A DNA stretch of 64,000 nt, taken from the NCBI GenBank assembly GCA_043809315.1, contig JAZDDX010000010.1, positions 16,019 to 80,018 of the forward strand. The letters are read 5' to 3'. Position 1 is the first letter of the stretch, and every line of letters starts with the position of its first letter. The notes below the pieces were generated by a model. It saw nothing but the letters and a program-made list of their open reading frames with translations. It was not told the origin of the DNA and did no database searches. This document shows, piece after piece, positions 1-8,657 of the stretch. Position numbers and translations under genes: made by a program. The stretch is from Pseudomonadota bacterium (GTDB taxonomy: Bacteria > Bdellovibrionota_G > JALEGL01 > DATDPG01).

Positions 1-19
1 CGACCCAAACCAATGCCGT

Positions 20-961
20 TCACGCAATGGCCCGTGCTCTTTCGACGAGCATCACCGGGATGTCGTCCACAATTTCATAACGAAGGCTGCACTGGACACA
101 ATCGAGTGCGGGGAGATCCCTCCGGTGTCGCAAACCCGACTTGCACCGCGGGCAAGCGAGGCTTTCGAAAGGATCATCCGGCCCGGCCGGCGACGTCGGC
201 CCCTCCCCCGCCGGTTTTCGGGCCACGGCATAGACGATTGCGCCCCAGAAGAACGGAAAAAAGCGCGAAACGGTCGATTCGAGAAACAGGAACGTCGTCA
301 CGAGGGAACTAACTGCGGGGGAGAGACGAAAGAAGTCGTCCGTTCGTTTCTTCCTGAGCCGCTTCCAGAGTCGAAGCCCGAGAATCGAGAAGAATGTAAC
401 GGGAAGGAGATACCGTTTCTCCAACAGTTCGAAACCGTTCGCCCGGAGTTTCCCGACAAGGTCCCGGCGAGAATACCGGCGGAAATGACCCACCACCTCG
501 TCATGAGATCCCCACAACAGTTGATGCGCCGGTGCCGTTACGATGCAGATCCCTCCGGGGCGTAAAACTCGCGACGCTTCCGAGAAGACCTTCCGGTCCT
601 CTCGCACGTGCTCGGCAACGTCGAGCATGACGACGAAGTCCAGACTCCCCGATTTGAGAGAGATCTCGCTCGCGTCGGAGACGAAAACCTGTGCCCCGGA
701 AACCACCCGGGCGGTCCGGAGCGCTTCCAGATCGAGATCGGATCCGAAACAACGGATCCAGTGCGGAAGCCCACGCAGACAGTTTCCCGGACCGCACCCC
801 AGATCCAGCAGATCGACCCGACGTTCGCAACGGGCGTGCGCCGCCGAGAACCTCCGCAGAAGCCACCGGGTCAGGGAATACCGGACTTCGAGCCAGAAAT
901 ACTCCGGCCCGACCGACTCAAAACGCTCCTGGATCTCCGTCGGGTTCACGGAGACCGCCAT
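20..961 (-). CDS. Class I SAM-dependent methyltransferase with C-terminal Trm112-like zinc-ribbon domain
   Basis: LLDLGCGPG motif I, DVAEH, VLRPGG. C-terminal LACPRCK...LDCVQC...YEIVDDIPVML is Trm112/YcaR-like. ATG at 961 chosen because the ORF-track extension overlaps ino1. Confidence 0.8.
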   Translation of the reverse strand: MAVSVNPTEIQERFESVGPEYFWLEVRYSLTRWLLRRFSAAHARCERRVDLLDLGCGPGNCLRGLPHWIRCFGSDLDLEALRTARVVSGAQVFVSDASEISLKSGSLDFVVMLDVAEHVREDRKVFSEASRVLRPGGICIVTAPAHQLLWGSHDEVVGHFRRYSRRDLVGKLRANGFELLEKRYLLPVTFFSILGLRLWKRLRKKRTDDFFRLSPAVSSLVTTFLFLESTVSRFFPFFWGAIVYAVARKPAGEGPTSPAGPDDPFESLACPRCKSGLRHRRDLPALDCVQCSLRYEIVDDIPVMLVERARAIA

Positions 962-987
962 GTCACGCCGCTTCGACGGACGGACGC

Positions 988-2307
988 TCAATCGTAATAC
1001 TCGCGCCCGAGGTGCGTGATGAGGTCCTCCCCCTTCACGAACCGGAGCGTGTTCTTGAGCTTCATCAGCTGGATGAAGAGATCGTGCTCGGGATACAGAC
1101 CCTCGGCGGCCTGCGGGCTCTTGAAGTAGAACGAGAGCCACTCCTGGATCCCGCTGAACCCGCAGCGCTTCGCGAAGTCCATAAAGAGCGCGAGGTCGAG
1201 AACGATCGGCGCGGCCAGGATTGAATCCTTGCAGAGGAAGTCGATCTTGATCTGCATCTTGTAGTCCAGCCAGCCGAAGATATCGATGTTGTCCCAGCTC
1301 TCCTTGTTGTCCCCCCGCGGCGGGTAATAATTGATCCGGACCTTGTGATAGAGGTCCTTGTAGAGCTGCGGATAGAGATGCGGCTGGAAGATCGAGTGAA
1401 GAACCGACAGCTTCGATTCCTCCTTCGTCTTGAAGTTTTCCGGGGCGTCCAGAACCTCGCCGTCCCGGTTTCCCAGAATGTTCGTCGAGAACCAGCCGCT
1501 GACCCCCAGGAGACGGGCTTTGAGTCCCGGCGCGATGATCGTTTTCATCAGCGTCTGACCCGTCTTGAAATCTTTCCCCATGATCGGGACCTTGTGCTCT
1601 TTCGCCAGTTGCCGGATCGCGGGGATGTCGACGGTCAGGTTCGGCGCTCCGTTCGCGAACGGAACCCCCGACATGATCGCCGCGTAGGCGTAGACCATGC
1701 TCGGCGCGATCGTCGGGTCGTTCGCGAGAAGTGCCTTCTCGAACGCCTCGATCGATTGGTGGGCCGGTCCCGGCTCCATGTAAGCTTCCGTGGAGGCACA
1801 CCAGACCATCACCATCCGGCTGAGTTTTTTCTCCTCCTTGAATCGGGCGATGTCGTCCATCAACTGCTTCGCCAGTTCCATCTTGTTCTTACCGGTCTTG
1901 ACGTGCGTCCCGTGAAGTCGGGAGACATACGCCGGATCGAAGACCGCCTTCCACGGCTTGATCCCTTCGATGTCCTCCCGAACCTGCTCGACCAACTGCT
2001 TGAAGATGACGTTCGAGCGGATCGCCGCCTCATAAACGTTGTCCTCGAAGATGTCCCATCCGCCGAACTCCAGATCTTTCAAGTTCGCCAGAGGGACGAA
2101 CTCCTTGATGAGCGGGCTCCGGTTGTCGGTCCGTTTTCCCAGACGGATCGTCCCCATCTGGGTCAAGGAACCGATCGGACTTCCCAAGCCCCGCTGAATA
2201 GCTCGCACCCCGACGATGAACGTCGTCGCCACCGCACCTAATCCAGGGATCAGAATCCCGAGTTTGCCGTCTGCCGGCTGAATCTGAACTTTGTTCGTGT
2301 CTGACAT
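988..2307 (-). CDS. ino1: myo-inositol-1-phosphate synthase
   Basis: GLGAVATT, GGWDIF, FANGAP, GKDFKTGQT, STNILGNRDG and DSILAAP motifs; GGAGG RBS. Confidence 0.95.
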   Translation of the reverse strand: MSDTNKVQIQPADGKLGILIPGLGAVATTFIVGVRAIQRGLGSPIGSLTQMGTIRLGKRTDNRSPLIKEFVPLANLKDLEFGGWDIFEDNVYEAAIRSNVIFKQLVEQVREDIEGIKPWKAVFDPAYVSRLHGTHVKTGKNKMELAKQLMDDIARFKEEKKLSRMVMVWCASTEAYMEPGPAHQSIEAFEKALLANDPTIAPSMVYAYAAIMSGVPFANGAPNLTVDIPAIRQLAKEHKVPIMGKDFKTGQTLMKTIIAPGLKARLLGVSGWFSTNILGNRDGEVLDAPENFKTKEESKLSVLHSIFQPHLYPQLYKDLYHKVRINYYPPRGDNKESWDNIDIFGWLDYKMQIKIDFLCKDSILAAPIVLDLALFMDFAKRCGFSGIQEWLSFYFKSPQAAEGLYPEHDLFIQLMKLKNTLRFVKGEDLITHLGREYYD

Positions 2308-2371
2308 CTTTTAAAAACCTCCGAACGGAAGGCTCTATATCTCCCGGAAAGAAAAGTCTAGCAGACGGCGT

Positions 2372-3931
2372 TCAATCGTTTCGTAGGTAATGGCACCCGC
2401 GGCTCTGCCGATTGCGACGGGCGGCCGTCAGAATCAGGTGCGCGCAAAAGACGCCGTTCCGCAGACCGATGAGTTCGTCCGACAGGACCGAGTGAGCATA
2501 GAAACGCTCCACCTCGTCCGAGAGCGATCGGAGGATCCGCTGCGCACGATCCAATCGTTTCGGGGTCCGGATCAGACCAACGTAGTTCCACATCGTGTGC
2601 TTGATCGTCATCCAATCCTGCGCCAGGAGATCCCGGTCGACCGGTTCCGTCTCGTCCTGCCAGGGGCGGATTTCCGGAAACCGGTACTTCGCCCCTTTGA
2701 CCCGCCGCCCGATATCCCGCCCCGCACGGACCCCCCAGACGAGGTCCTCGAGGAGCGACGTACTCGCCAGCCGGTTCGCCCCGTGCACCCCCGAACAGGC
2801 GACCTCCCCGACCGCTTTCAGGTTCTCGATCGTCGTCGACCCGTCCAGATCGACCGCCACGCCACCGCAGGAATAATGGGCTGCCGGAACCACGGGGATC
2901 GGTTCCTTGGTGATGTCGATCCCCTGTTTGAGGCACTCGCCGTGCGCCCAGGGGAATCGAGTACGGATCCAGTCGGCGGGCTTGTGGGAGATATCCAGGA
3001 AGACCCACTGGACCCCCTCGCGCAGCATCTCGTCGTGGATCCCTCGCGCCACGATATCCCGTGCGGCGAGCGCCCCCCTCGGGTCGTACCGCTTCATGAA
3101 CTCCTCACCTGCGTGATTCAGGAGACGCGCCCCCTCCCCCCGGAGAGATTCCGAGATGAGCGGCCGCTCACTGGTTCGCCGGTACAGGGCGGTCGGGTGA
3201 AACTGGATGTATTCCAGGTTCATGATCCGGGCGCCGGTCCGGTATGCCATTGCGACACCGTCGCCACGTGCACCCAACGGGTTCGTCGTGTGAAGATAGA
3301 GCTGGCCCAATCCCCCGGTCGCAAGAACCGTCTCCCTCGCCAGGATCGGCTTCACCTGCCTCTTTTTCTGGTCGAGAACGAACGCTCCGAAGCAGCGGGG
3401 AGGCTTGTAGAACTCCTGCCGGTCGATCGCGTGGTGCGCCAATGTCAGGAGATCGACCGCCGTGTGTTCGGTCAGAATCGCGATCTCTTTCCGCTTCTTC
3501 AGATGATTCAGGAACGCCGACTCCAGGTCGGCTCCGGTCTGATCGCCCATATGAAGGATCCGCGGCACGCTATGCGCCGCCTCTTCCGTGAACTCGACCT
3601 CCCCGGATTTCGTCCGGTCGAAGTTCACCTGGAGACGCTCGATCAGGATCTCCCGGACGAGACTGGGTCCGTCGCGCGCGAGAAGCTCGACCGCTTCCAC
3701 CTTGCAAAGTCCCGCCCCCGCTTCCACGATGTCGCGGACTAGTTTCTCCGGCTTCTCCCCCTCGGCCCGGTAGACGATCCCCCCTTGGGCCATCGCGCTT
3801 GCGGTGTCGGCCGGCTCTTTCGCCCGCGTGATCATCGTGACCGCGAGACCGGCATCGACCATTTCGAGCGCCGCGGAACAGCCGGCCAGCCCGCTCCCGA
3901 TCACCAGGCAGTCGGTCTCGAATCCCTTCAC
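2372..3931 (-). CDS. nadB: L-aspartate oxidase
   Basis: GSGLAG FAD motif, AQGGI, EAAHS..RILH, QFHPT, SESLRGEG, HYSCGG, GVHGANRLASTSL; adjacent to nadC. Confidence 0.93.
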   Translation of the reverse strand: MKGFETDCLVIGSGLAGCSAALEMVDAGLAVTMITRAKEPADTASAMAQGGIVYRAEGEKPEKLVRDIVEAGAGLCKVEAVELLARDGPSLVREILIERLQVNFDRTKSGEVEFTEEAAHSVPRILHMGDQTGADLESAFLNHLKKRKEIAILTEHTAVDLLTLAHHAIDRQEFYKPPRCFGAFVLDQKKRQVKPILARETVLATGGLGQLYLHTTNPLGARGDGVAMAYRTGARIMNLEYIQFHPTALYRRTSERPLISESLRGEGARLLNHAGEEFMKRYDPRGALAARDIVARGIHDEMLREGVQWVFLDISHKPADWIRTRFPWAHGECLKQGIDITKEPIPVVPAAHYSCGGVAVDLDGSTTIENLKAVGEVACSGVHGANRLASTSLLEDLVWGVRAGRDIGRRVKGAKYRFPEIRPWQDETEPVDRDLLAQDWMTIKHTMWNYVGLIRTPKRLDRAQRILRSLSDEVERFYAHSVLSDELIGLRNGVFCAHLILTAARRNRQSRGCHYLRND

Positions 3932-4755
3932 GACGGGAGAACCTCGAAGCTCAAATCAGCGGCGGGGGCCGAGTGCGTCAGCGCCCCCACGGAGATGTAG
4001 TCGACACCGATCTTGGAAAGACGAGCCACTCGCTCCCGCGTGATCCCCCCCGAAACCTCGATCTCGACTCGGCCGCGTGCCAGGGCAACCGCGCATTCGA
4101 CCTGGGGGTCCGCCATGTTGTCCAGCAGAAGGCGAGTTGCACCCGCCCCGATCGCCGGCTCGACCTCCTCGACCCGCGTGACCTCCACCGTGATCGGTTT
4201 TTTTCCGCATTTCTTCTTCATCTTCCGGACGGCTTCCGCCACATCCCCTTTGCAGGCCGCTATGTGATTGTCTTTGATCAGGACCGCATCCGACAGCCCG
4301 AACCGGTGGTTCGAGCCTCCCCCCATCCGGACGGCGTACTTTTCCAGATGTCGGACGAGCGGCGTCGTCTTCCGGGTGTCGAGGATCTTGGTTTTCGTCC
4401 CCTCGGTCCGCAGGACGAAACTTCGGGTGAGGGTTGCGACCCCGCAGAGTCTTTGCAGAAAGTTGAGCGCCACCCGTTCCCCCCGCAGCAGATTCCGATA
4501 GAACCCCGCGATCTCCGCAACACGGGTCCCGGCCGGGACTGAGTCACCGTCCCAGGCGAGCTTCCGGATCTTCGTGGTCGGATCGATCGAGAGGAAGACC
4601 CCGAACGCGACCCCGAGGCCGGCCAGAACGAGATCCTGTTTCGCCAGGATCACCCCTCGTCCCGCAAGCGTCTTCGGCACGACGGCATCGGAGGTGATGT
4701 CTCCGGAGCCGGAGTCTTCCTCGAGGGCGAGTCTGATCAGGTCGCTTGTGAACAC
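3928..4755 (-). CDS. nadC: Nicotinate-nucleotide diphosphorylase (carboxylating)
   Basis: ALEED..GDITS, ERVALN, DTRKTTP, HRFGLSD, KDNH, LLDN, SGGI. GTG start at 4755 inferred. Confidence 0.93.
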   Translation of the reverse strand: MFTSDLIRLALEEDSGSGDITSDAVVPKTLAGRGVILAKQDLVLAGLGVAFGVFLSIDPTTKIRKLAWDGDSVPAGTRVAEIAGFYRNLLRGERVALNFLQRLCGVATLTRSFVLRTEGTKTKILDTRKTTPLVRHLEKYAVRMGGGSNHRFGLSDAVLIKDNHIAACKGDVAEAVRKMKKKCGKKPITVEVTRVEEVEPAIGAGATRLLLDNMADPQVECAVALARGRVEIEVSGGITRERVARLSKIGVDYISVGALTHSAPAADLSFEVLPS

Positions 4756-4768
4756 CGTCGAGCTGTTC

Positions 4769-5425
4769 CTAAAGAGGTACCTTTTTGTGGAGGACCCACT
4801 TCCCGAGAGAGAGCGTGATCTCGATCTGGTTCCCCTGCCCGTCGGATTCCTCCCTCTTGCGCACCTTGTCGAATGTGATCGATTGCTCGAAACTGTTCGC
4901 CCCAACCTTCAGGGAAAAATCCAACGTCGGCGATTGTTTCGCTTTCTTTTCGGTCGGGACCTCCCGTTTCAAGGCATCGCGCAACGCTTCGAGTTCCTCC
5001 CCTTCGACCTGAACGGTTTGATCGGTCCGCCACTCCGCTTCGAGCGTCCCCATGTGACGATCGGGGGCCGAAACCTTCGCGTCCCCCTCCGCCACGACGA
5101 CGTCGAGACGATGGTCGCCAATCGTGATGTGATCTCCCACCGAAAGGACATGAACGTCGACCCTCTGGCCGTTCACGAAGATCCCGTTCTCACTCTGTTG
5201 ATCTTCCAACACGAAGCCGTTCTTCGAGGCGACGATCCGCGCGTGCGACCGGGAAACCTGCGGGTCGTCCAAAACGACGTGGTTTTCGGCCATCCGGCCG
5301 ATGTACGTCACCTCGGGGTCGAGGCGGACCGTCTGCAACAGTTCTTTGCCCAGGGAGACCCGCAATGCCATCGACACGACCTTGACTTTGGCGTCGATCA
5401 CGGCGTCCCAAACATCGCTTGGCAT
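4769..5425 (-). CDS. FHA domain protein with uncharacterised C-terminal region
   Basis: IGR..EN..LDDPQVSRSHA..SENGIFVNG retains the pThr-binding G-R, S-x-x-H and N-G residues. Confidence 0.85.
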   Translation of the reverse strand: MPSDVWDAVIDAKVKVVSMALRVSLGKELLQTVRLDPEVTYIGRMAENHVVLDDPQVSRSHARIVASKNGFVLEDQQSENGIFVNGQRVDVHVLSVGDHITIGDHRLDVVVAEGDAKVSAPDRHMGTLEAEWRTDQTVQVEGEELEALRDALKREVPTEKKAKQSPTLDFSLKVGANSFEQSITFDKVRKREESDGQGNQIEITLSLGKWVLHKKVPL

Positions 5426-5460
5426 GCCCCTATGGTAGGTTAGAATGACCGAACTGTGAA
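5419..5460. promoter_or_regulatory. Overlapping divergent sigma70-type promoters, both near-leaderless
   Basis: Minus strand: TTCACA-17-TACCAT-6nt-ATG(5425). Plus strand: TTGGCA-16-TAGAAT-9nt-GTG(5456). Confidence 0.55.
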
Positions 5461-5947
5461 TCTCTTCCGCTGGATCCGAAAGGAACACGCGCTGCGGGCT
5501 TCCAACCGGCTCTCCCGGCGCGGGAACGCGGCGGCAGCCCTGGATCTCATCGATCAAGCCTTGACCGAAAATCCGGGCTCGCCCGATCTGTGGATTCAGA
5601 AGAGCTGGGCCCTCTCCGACCTCAAGCGGTATGACGAGGCACTGGCCGCCGTCGCTCAGGGGCTCGGGAACGATCCCGAAAACGGGATTCTCGAACTGAT
5701 CCGGGGGGAGGCTCTCTACGCCACGGGACGTTACGAAGAGAGCAAGGCGGCCCTTCACCGGGCCCTCGATTTGTCCGGAGACAACCTCCGAATCGAACAC
5801 TCCCTGGGAATCACGTACGTGGCACTCGGAGAAATGGAACCAGCGGCTCGATATCTGGAGTCGAGCGTCCGGTACGACAAATCGTTGGTACAGGCCAGGC
5901 TCCTGGCGATGGCGGAACGGTATTTATTCGAACATCGCCCGAGATGA
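5456..5947 (+). CDS. Tetratricopeptide repeat protein
   Basis: Repeated helical A..L...P.N pattern, about 4 TPRs; overlaps the next gene by ATGA. Confidence 0.8.
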   Translation: MNLFRWIRKEHALRASNRLSRRGNAAAALDLIDQALTENPGSPDLWIQKSWALSDLKRYDEALAAVAQGLGNDPENGILELIRGEALYATGRYEESKAALHRALDLSGDNLRIEHSLGITYVALGEMEPAARYLESSVRYDKSLVQARLLAMAERYLFEHRPR

Positions 5948-6726
5948 TGATGGACGATCTTGCGCGATACGCACTGAAGGCGCCCAGGGACACCGTCATT
6001 TTCCGGGAGGGGGATGCGGGGGACGTCATGTTCTTCATCCACGCCGGACGCGTGCGGATCGAAAGGACGATAGAGACAAAAACCGACGTGATGGCGATCT
6101 TGGAAAAAGGGGATTTCTTCGGGGAGATGTCCCTTCTCGATCACGTCCCCCGCACCGCTACCGCCGTGGTGGAGGAAGACGCCGAGCTCTTGAAAGTCGA
6201 CGCCGCCAATTTCCAGAAGCTGGTCTTCGGAAATATCGAAATCGCGATCCGGATGATCCGGAAATACTCAGCCCGCCTGCGCGATGCGAACGACAAGCTG
6301 GCGAGTCTCTTGAAGGATCGCTCGCAAATGGACCAGGAGATTGCCGAGATCCTCCAGTCGGTGAAGGCCCCCATCCGACCTGCGGAAACCGAATCGCAGG
6401 AGCTGGCGCTCTTAACGGGAGAAGGCCCGGAAGCGGTCAGCCATTCGATCCGAAAGGAATGCGTCCTGATCGGCCGGCAGGACCCGGTCACCAACCTGTC
6501 CCCCGACATCGATCTCACCTCATCCGACCGGGAGCGGGGCACGTCTCGCCGACACGCCCGCTTGAAGCGCATGGACGGGCAGTTCCTTCTATTCGAGGAA
6601 CCGGGGGTTCCGAACGGAACGTTCGTAAACGGTCAAAGGATCACGCCGGGACAGCCGGTTCTGATCCGGAACGGCGACCGCGTGAGCTTCGGAAAAGTCC
6701 CTTTCACCTTCCGGACGAAGGGCTGA
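5944..6726 (+). CDS. Cyclic-nucleotide-binding domain plus FHA domain protein
   Basis: IFREGD.GD.MF and FFGEMSLL..PRTATA phosphate-binding cassette; C-terminal IGRQD..SRRHA..NGTFVNG FHA in place of an HTH. Confidence 0.88.
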   Translation: MMMDDLARYALKAPRDTVIFREGDAGDVMFFIHAGRVRIERTIETKTDVMAILEKGDFFGEMSLLDHVPRTATAVVEEDAELLKVDAANFQKLVFGNIEIAIRMIRKYSARLRDANDKLASLLKDRSQMDQEIAEILQSVKAPIRPAETESQELALLTGEGPEAVSHSIRKECVLIGRQDPVTNLSPDIDLTSSDRERGTSRRHARLKRMDGQFLLFEEPGVPNGTFVNGQRITPGQPVLIRNGDRVSFGKVPFTFRTKG

Positions 6727-6733
6727 CGACTCG

Positions 6734-7855
6734 ATGGATTTCCATACCCTTCCACCGGAACGCCTGATTCACTTCATCGTCCGGACGCGGAAGTTCGACG
6801 TCGAACGGTACGAGGATTACCTCCACTCCCTTCTTCTGAACGTCCTTTCCGACTTGAACGAGTTCGTCCCTTCCGAAGGGATTCTCATGCTGGTCGACGA
6901 CCCGATCCGGAAACGGGAAGGAAAAGGGGAACGCGAACTCACGTACGTGGCCGTATCGGGAAAGAACTCGGCGTCGCTGCTCGGCAAGAGAATGGCCGCC
7001 ACTTCCGGCGTCGCGGGGGAGATCTACACGCTCGGAAAATCGATGGTGCGCAAAGCCGATCGGACGGAGCGACTCGTGATCGACAAAGCCAACCTGCCCC
7101 AGGAGGCGATCGGTCTCGTGGGAGTGCCGCTGCGGGTTGAAACGACCATTGTCGGTGCGCTGATCGCTTACAACAAGAAAGACCCGATCGGGTACACGAT
7201 GCGGGACCTAAAGCTCGTCGAGATTTTCGCTGGGTATCTCTCCACCGCGCTCCAAAACGCGATCGACGCCCGCAAAAGCAAGGAGCTGACGAAGCGGGAC
7301 GACCTGACCGGTCTCTACAACGATCGGTTCTTCCACGTGCAGCTGGAAACCGAGGTCCGGAAGGCGGACGAACAGCGCCACCCCCTGACCCTCCTCTTTC
7401 TCGACTTGGATCACTTCAAAAACGTGAACGACGCTCACGGCCACCTCGTCGGAAGCCAGACGCTCCGAGAGATCGGTTTCGTCCTGACCGAGGCGATCGA
7501 CCTGGAAGGGGCGTTCCTCGCCCGGTACGGCGGAGACGAGTACGTCGTGATCCTCCCGGGGATCGACCTGATCCGGGCGGTCGAGATCGCCGAGAGGACC
7601 CGGATGATGATCGCCGGGAAGCTCTTCATGATCGATCAGGGGGAGCACGACGGGTCGTTCATCAATTTCAAAGGGCTGATCTCCGCGAGCTTCGGCGTGG
7701 CATCCCTGCACGATCACGTCCCGACGGGAGGGACGGTCAAAGACCGGAAGAACTTCCTGGTCCGCCTCGCCGACGCCGCCATGTACCGGGCCAAAGAGGC
7801 GGGGAAGAACTGCGTCTGCGTCGCCGACCCGACGCTGATCCGCCCCAAGCCGTGA
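6734..7855 (+). CDS. GAF-GGDEF dinucleotide cyclase, Hypr-type signature (candidate 3',3'-cGAMP synthase)
   Basis: GAF (VPLRV..IVGALIAYNK), DDLTGLYN, DLDHFKNVNDAHGHLVGS, RYGGDEY, ADAAMYRAK. Confidence 0.88.
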   Translation: MDFHTLPPERLIHFIVRTRKFDVERYEDYLHSLLLNVLSDLNEFVPSEGILMLVDDPIRKREGKGERELTYVAVSGKNSASLLGKRMAATSGVAGEIYTLGKSMVRKADRTERLVIDKANLPQEAIGLVGVPLRVETTIVGALIAYNKKDPIGYTMRDLKLVEIFAGYLSTALQNAIDARKSKELTKRDDLTGLYNDRFFHVQLETEVRKADEQRHPLTLLFLDLDHFKNVNDAHGHLVGSQTLREIGFVLTEAIDLEGAFLARYGGDEYVVILPGIDLIRAVEIAERTRMMIAGKLFMIDQGEHDGSFINFKGLISASFGVASLHDHVPTGGTVKDRKNFLVRLADAAMYRAKEAGKNCVCVADPTLIRPKP

Positions 7856-8628
7856 TGCGGATCGCCCTCGCCCAGCTCTCTTCCGGCGACAACTGGCGGA
7901 TCAACCTATGCAAGATCGAAGCCTTGATCGCCTCCGCCGCTCGCAAAAAGGCCAAGGCCATCCTCTTCCCCGAGTACTGCTTCTACCGTGGAGACCTCTG
8001 TTCCCTTCGAACCATTTCCAGGGAAATCCACCGCGCGCTACCCTGGGCCGCCCTTTCCGATCTGGCAAAGCAACATGGCATCGCGATCCTTCTTGGCGGA
8101 GTTCCCGAGTTCCAACGGGGATCAAAAAAAGTGTTCAACACGGCCATCTGGATCGACGAACGCGGAAAGATCTTGGCCCGGTACCGGAAGATCCATCTCT
8201 TCGATGCGACGGTCGGGGGGAAGAGATATCGCGAGTCAAAATATTTCCTCCCCGGCGCCCGCCCCGTCGTCTTCCGCTGGAACGGGATCAAGATCGGGAT
8301 CGCGATCTGTTACGACCTTCGCTTCCCGGAACAGTTCCGGAAGATGGCGAAGAGCGGCGCCGACTGGATCCTCCTCCCCTCCGCCTTTACAAGAAAGAAC
8401 GGAGAGGCTCACTGGCACACGTTGCTTCGGGCACGAGCGATCGAGAACCTCGCGACCGTGCTGGCCCCCGCCCAGACCGGCGGCGACACATTCGGCCATT
8501 CAGCCATCTTTGGCCCCTGGGGCGAGGCACTGCTCCGCACCGGTCGCAAGCCCGGACTCTTCTTCGCGGATGTCGATCCGAGCGCCGGCCGCGCTCTTCG
8601 CCGCAGGTTCCCCTTCTTGAAGGGTTGA
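7852..8628 (+). CDS. Carbon-nitrogen hydrolase (Nit1-like amidase)
   Basis: Catalytic triad motifs LFPE, YRKIHLFD and ICYDLRFPE; RARAIEN. Confidence 0.92.
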   Translation: MMRIALAQLSSGDNWRINLCKIEALIASAARKKAKAILFPEYCFYRGDLCSLRTISREIHRALPWAALSDLAKQHGIAILLGGVPEFQRGSKKVFNTAIWIDERGKILARYRKIHLFDATVGGKRYRESKYFLPGARPVVFRWNGIKIGIAICYDLRFPEQFRKMAKSGADWILLPSAFTRKNGEAHWHTLLRARAIENLATVLAPAQTGGDTFGHSAIFGPWGEALLRTGRKPGLFFADVDPSAGRALRRRFPFLKG

Positions 8629-8645
8629 TCCCCGGCGAGTATAAG
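8617..8645 (+). promoter_or_regulatory. sigma70-type promoter for the lipA/dehydrogenase operon
   Basis: TTGAAG-17-TATAAG, 12 nt upstream of ATG 8658. Confidence 0.45.
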
Positions 8646-8657
8646 GTCGCCTCGACC

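Noticed and set aside
962-1801. N-terminal extension of the 593-aa ORF, and similar extensions of lipA, ltaE, glpD, rlmE and the Omp85 gene
   Set aside because: They overlap real genes in another frame and are high-GC open-frame artefacts
5419-5436. TTGGCATG as a sigma54 site
   Set aside because: No GC at the -12 position
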